Origin: Babesia bigemina
Lineage: Eukaryota
Length of the DNA: 64,000 nt
Assembly: GCF_000981445.1 (NCBI RefSeq)
Contig: NC_027218.1
Span: 2,294,001 to 2,358,000 of the forward strand
Direction of reading: 5' to 3'
In this document: in pieces, positions 61,551-64,000 of the stretch
How positions within the stretch are numbered: the first letter of the stretch is position 1
Layout of the letters: every line of letters begins with the position of its first letter
The notes under the pieces: model-generated
Told to the model about the DNA's origin: nothing
The model's input: only the letters and a program-made list of their open reading frames with translations
Database searches by the model: none
Translations under genes and position numbers: made by a program

Positions 61551-64000
61551 ATGACAAAAATTCGGATTAGCACTCTTAAGGAGTGCTTTGAGTTCCTGGA
61601 GTGGTTGAACGGCCGTCAAGGTCAAAAGAACAATGTTGGCGCCACGTTTGTGCAGCGGTTGACGCCTTATTTCCAGCAAATGTCGAAACATAAAGGCGCA
61701 TTGCAGTTTCAATATAATACGTTCCTAAGCAATGTCTCCACGCTACGTACTAAATTGTTATCTAGAGATGTTGCGAGACTAGGTAATTATAACGTTAACA
61801 CGGGAGATAAAAATCATATTCTCGATGCACTTTTAGAATGCATTCCTAAGTTCCTCGCTGCATTATATTACTTGCAGTACCACGTGGATGATACGTATAC
61901 AGATGTTGGCGGCGGGGATTGGGCTTCAGAGTCCACTAATTCTGGTGATTTTCGGAAGTTTTTGACATCCGGTAATAACATTCTTCCTTGCGGATTCAGC
62001 CCCGTGGAGCTTAGTAGTGTGAAAGGGAGCGCTTTAGTTTTTGATCTAAAAAAAATTTTGCATAAAGAAGTCAATAGAAGTGGCAAAGCAGTGCATGATC
62101 ATTTTCGAAATGTTGTATTGACGACTTTGGGAAAACCGTGGAATAACTTCAACACTGGGAACGCTGTCCTTCTGGTTTACGCATTTTGCCAGTTGGTGAT
62201 GCAGGAAAGCCGTTATGATGGAGGTGCATTCAAAACAGCATTGGAGACAGGCCTAATAGAACACAAAATATGTTGGAAAGATCTAAAGGACCATTGTCAA
62301 ATCCTACATGGGCACATTGATACACTGACAGCCGCGGGGTTTTCCGTTACCGGTAGAGGAATTAAGCCTACAAGAAAAGAAGATTTTGCAAAAGTGGCCG
62401 CCAAGTGGTTCAGAGACAACTTGCCGACAGCTGCAAGCGTATTGAGTGAAATGATCCCTCACAGTGTTGACATATCTACACTTCGATCATACGCCAAGGA
62501 TAAACTCTATCCCAATGGATTCATTTTTGACGGGAGCAATCATAGCGTGTGGCCCAGTCTTACTCAGCTAAATAAATGGGATCCTATATTTCAAAAGTTC
62601 GGCCAGCTAGATGAAATGCTGGGAAGGCTTAAAGATATATTGGAAGGTAAGAATATAGTTGCATGTAAACCCATTGCCACTAAAACCGAGGCGGCGAAGC
62701 CTACTGCCACTAAAACCGAAGCCACCAAAACTGAGGCTGCCAAGCCCGTTGTGACCAAAGCCGAGGCGGCGAAGCCGACTGCCACTAAAACGGAGGCAAC
62801 TAAACCGACTGCCGGTAAAACTGAAGCGACGAAAACTGAGTCTACAAAGCCTGTGGTCACCAAAGCCGAGGTGACGAAAACCGACAGCCCGCAGCCTGAA
62901 GCTCAAAATGTAGAAAATACACAGAGCCAGGCCAAGAAAGCGGAGGGAGCACAGAACCAGGGCAAGAAATCCGAGGGAGCGCAGAACCAGGGCAAGAAGG
63001 CGGAGGGGGGGCAAAGTCAAAAGGGCCAGAGTGGAGATAGGTCTTCAAGTTTACAAGCACCAAATCCTGTTGCAGCTCCGGCGTCTGACGCCAAAGGTTA
63101 TAAAGGAGACGCAGGCTCGGCAGGGGCTAAAGGTCAAATGCCAACGGAGCTGTCGCAGTCTCAAGATACGTCACATAAGCAAGTTGCTCAGCAGCAACAG
63201 ATTCAACAAACTCAATCTCCAGCCTCTCCCCCTAGTGCTCCCGCAGCCCCTAGCCCCGCTGGTCCGACAAGTGACGGGGGTACAATTCCAAAGGGCAGTG
63301 ATTCTCCGGGTAAACATCCTGTTTCTTCTACAGGTGTTGTATATTCTGCGGCACCAGGTGTTCCACCTCCCGACCCTCTCCCCAGTGCTGCTGGAGCCCC
63401 CGGTTCGCCGGGTGCCTCAGGTATGACTTCAAATAACGGTGATTCTCCAGCTTCACAATTTGTTACTACTACAACCGCTGTAATCACTCAGCCCCCAAGT
63501 ATTTCCAACCCAGGGACTCCGTCACATGGTGCCTCTGGTTCCAGTGGTGGTACGGGGCAAGTTGGGCAGGCGGGTGCTTCTGGCTCTGGTCAACCAAGGG
63601 GTCAAGAGGTACAGACCGGTAAAAGCGCCACACCTACGAAGTCCACTGGCCCGGGTGCTGGTACAGTTAGAGGTGGATCTGGAGGGGGTGCGGGGGCAGG
63701 TGATACAAGGATGGTGGATCCAGAACTCGAAGAGCGATTAAAGGTTTACGAAAAATTATTGAAAGAAAAAAAAGACCGAGATGACAAAAATATGCAAACC
63801 ATACTAAATAAATTTAATGAAAATTTAGAACAGATTGAACAACAGAAAATGCAACAACAGATGCAAAACGATCTACAAAGACAGTTGCTTGCAAATATAT
63901 CTTCTGCCAATATCCGTCTTAACGAAAACATCGCTGGTTCTACTGGAGGTCGTACTCTTAATTGGCACCACCCATACGATCCGAAAAACCTGACACGGCG
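61551..64000 (+). CDS. ves-like protein, paralog of 322-6477, running off the window end (absent from the ORF track)
   Basis: ATG at 61551 gives MTKIRISTLKECFEFLEWL, then ILDALLECIPKFLAALYYL, CWKDLKDHC and LYPNGF, the same KTEAAKP repeats and a G/S/P-rich region. I saw no in-frame stop before 64000. Confidence 0.85.
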   Translation, partial: MTKIRISTLKECFEFLEWLNGRQGQKNNVGATFVQRLTPYFQQMSKHKGALQFQYNTFLSNVSTLRTKLLSRDVARLGNYNVNTGDKNHILDALLECIPKFLAALYYLQYHVDDTYTDVGGGDWASESTNSGDFRKFLTSGNNILPCGFSPVELSSVKGSALVFDLKKILHKEVNRSGKAVHDHFRNVVLTTLGKPWNNFNTGNAVLLVYAFCQLVMQESRYDGGAFKTALETGLIEHKICWKDLKDHCQILHGHIDTLTAAGFSVTGRGIKPTRKEDFAKVAAKWFRDNLPTAASVLSEMIPHSVDISTLRSYAKDKLYPNGFIFDGSNHSVWPSLTQLNKWDPIFQKFGQLDEMLGRLKDILEGKNIVACKPIATKTEAAKPTATKTEATKTEAAKPVVTKAEAAKPTATKTEATKPTAGKTEATKTESTKPVVTKAEVTKTDSPQPEAQNVENTQSQAKKAEGAQNQGKKSEGAQNQGKKAEGGQSQKGQSGDRSSSLQAPNPVAAPASDAKGYKGDAGSAGAKGQMPTELSQSQDTSHKQVAQQQQIQQTQSPASPPSAPAAPSPAGPTSDGGTIPKGSDSPGKHPVSSTGVVYSAAPGVPPPDPLPSAAGAPGSPGASGMTSNNGDSPASQFVTTTTAVITQPPSISNPGTPSHGASGSSGGTGQVGQAGASGSGQPRGQEVQTGKSATPTKSTGPGAGTVRGGSGGGAGAGDTRMVDPELEERLKVYEKLLKEKKDRDDKNMQTILNKFNENLEQIEQQKMQQQMQNDLQRQLLANISSANIRLNENIAGSTGGRTLNWHHPYDPKNLTR
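62674..63010 (+). repeat. Coding repeats: KPTATKTEA block, then 30-bp AQNQGKKSEG-type units (about 3)
   Basis: Visible tandem modules, including cagaaccagggcaagaa repeated. Confidence 0.85.

Overview
Eukaryotic, intron-containing DNA from an apicomplexan piroplasm, most likely a Babesia of the B. bigemina/B. ovata type. This is inferred from the ves-like genes and the 34-41 nt GT-AG introns. A core block of conserved genes (about 14.2-51.1 kb) contains a GPI-type carbonic-anhydrase-related protein, CTNNBL1, an ankyrin/TPR/DnaJ protein, two paralogous multi-TM proteins, AP-2 sigma, a virilizer-like protein, a DUF501 protein, NDK, SRP receptor alpha, a cupin protein, DENR, an AFG3-like m-AAA protease and an SPB4/DDX55 helicase. 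Variant-antigen (ves-like) loci flank this block on both sides: 322-6477 (+), and a head-to-head pair at 54548-60118 (-) and 61551->64000 (+). On each side the inward-pointing ves-like gene is followed by a small cysteine-rich, single-TM gene of one family (motif CxCCP[WY]CCxxC). The most striking signal lies in the leader of the copy at 52053-52487 (-). It is an 11-copy 76-bp array in which each unit reads as a 35-nt GTGAGT...GCAG intron plus a 41-nt ATG-free exon. Each intron carries the ATG of a 4-codon uORF, and a G-quadruplex motif sits just before the main ATG. The paralog at 7344 has only one such unit. No tRNA, rRNA, CRISPR array or transposase was recognised. All calls are by-eye motif recognition; no database searches were run.
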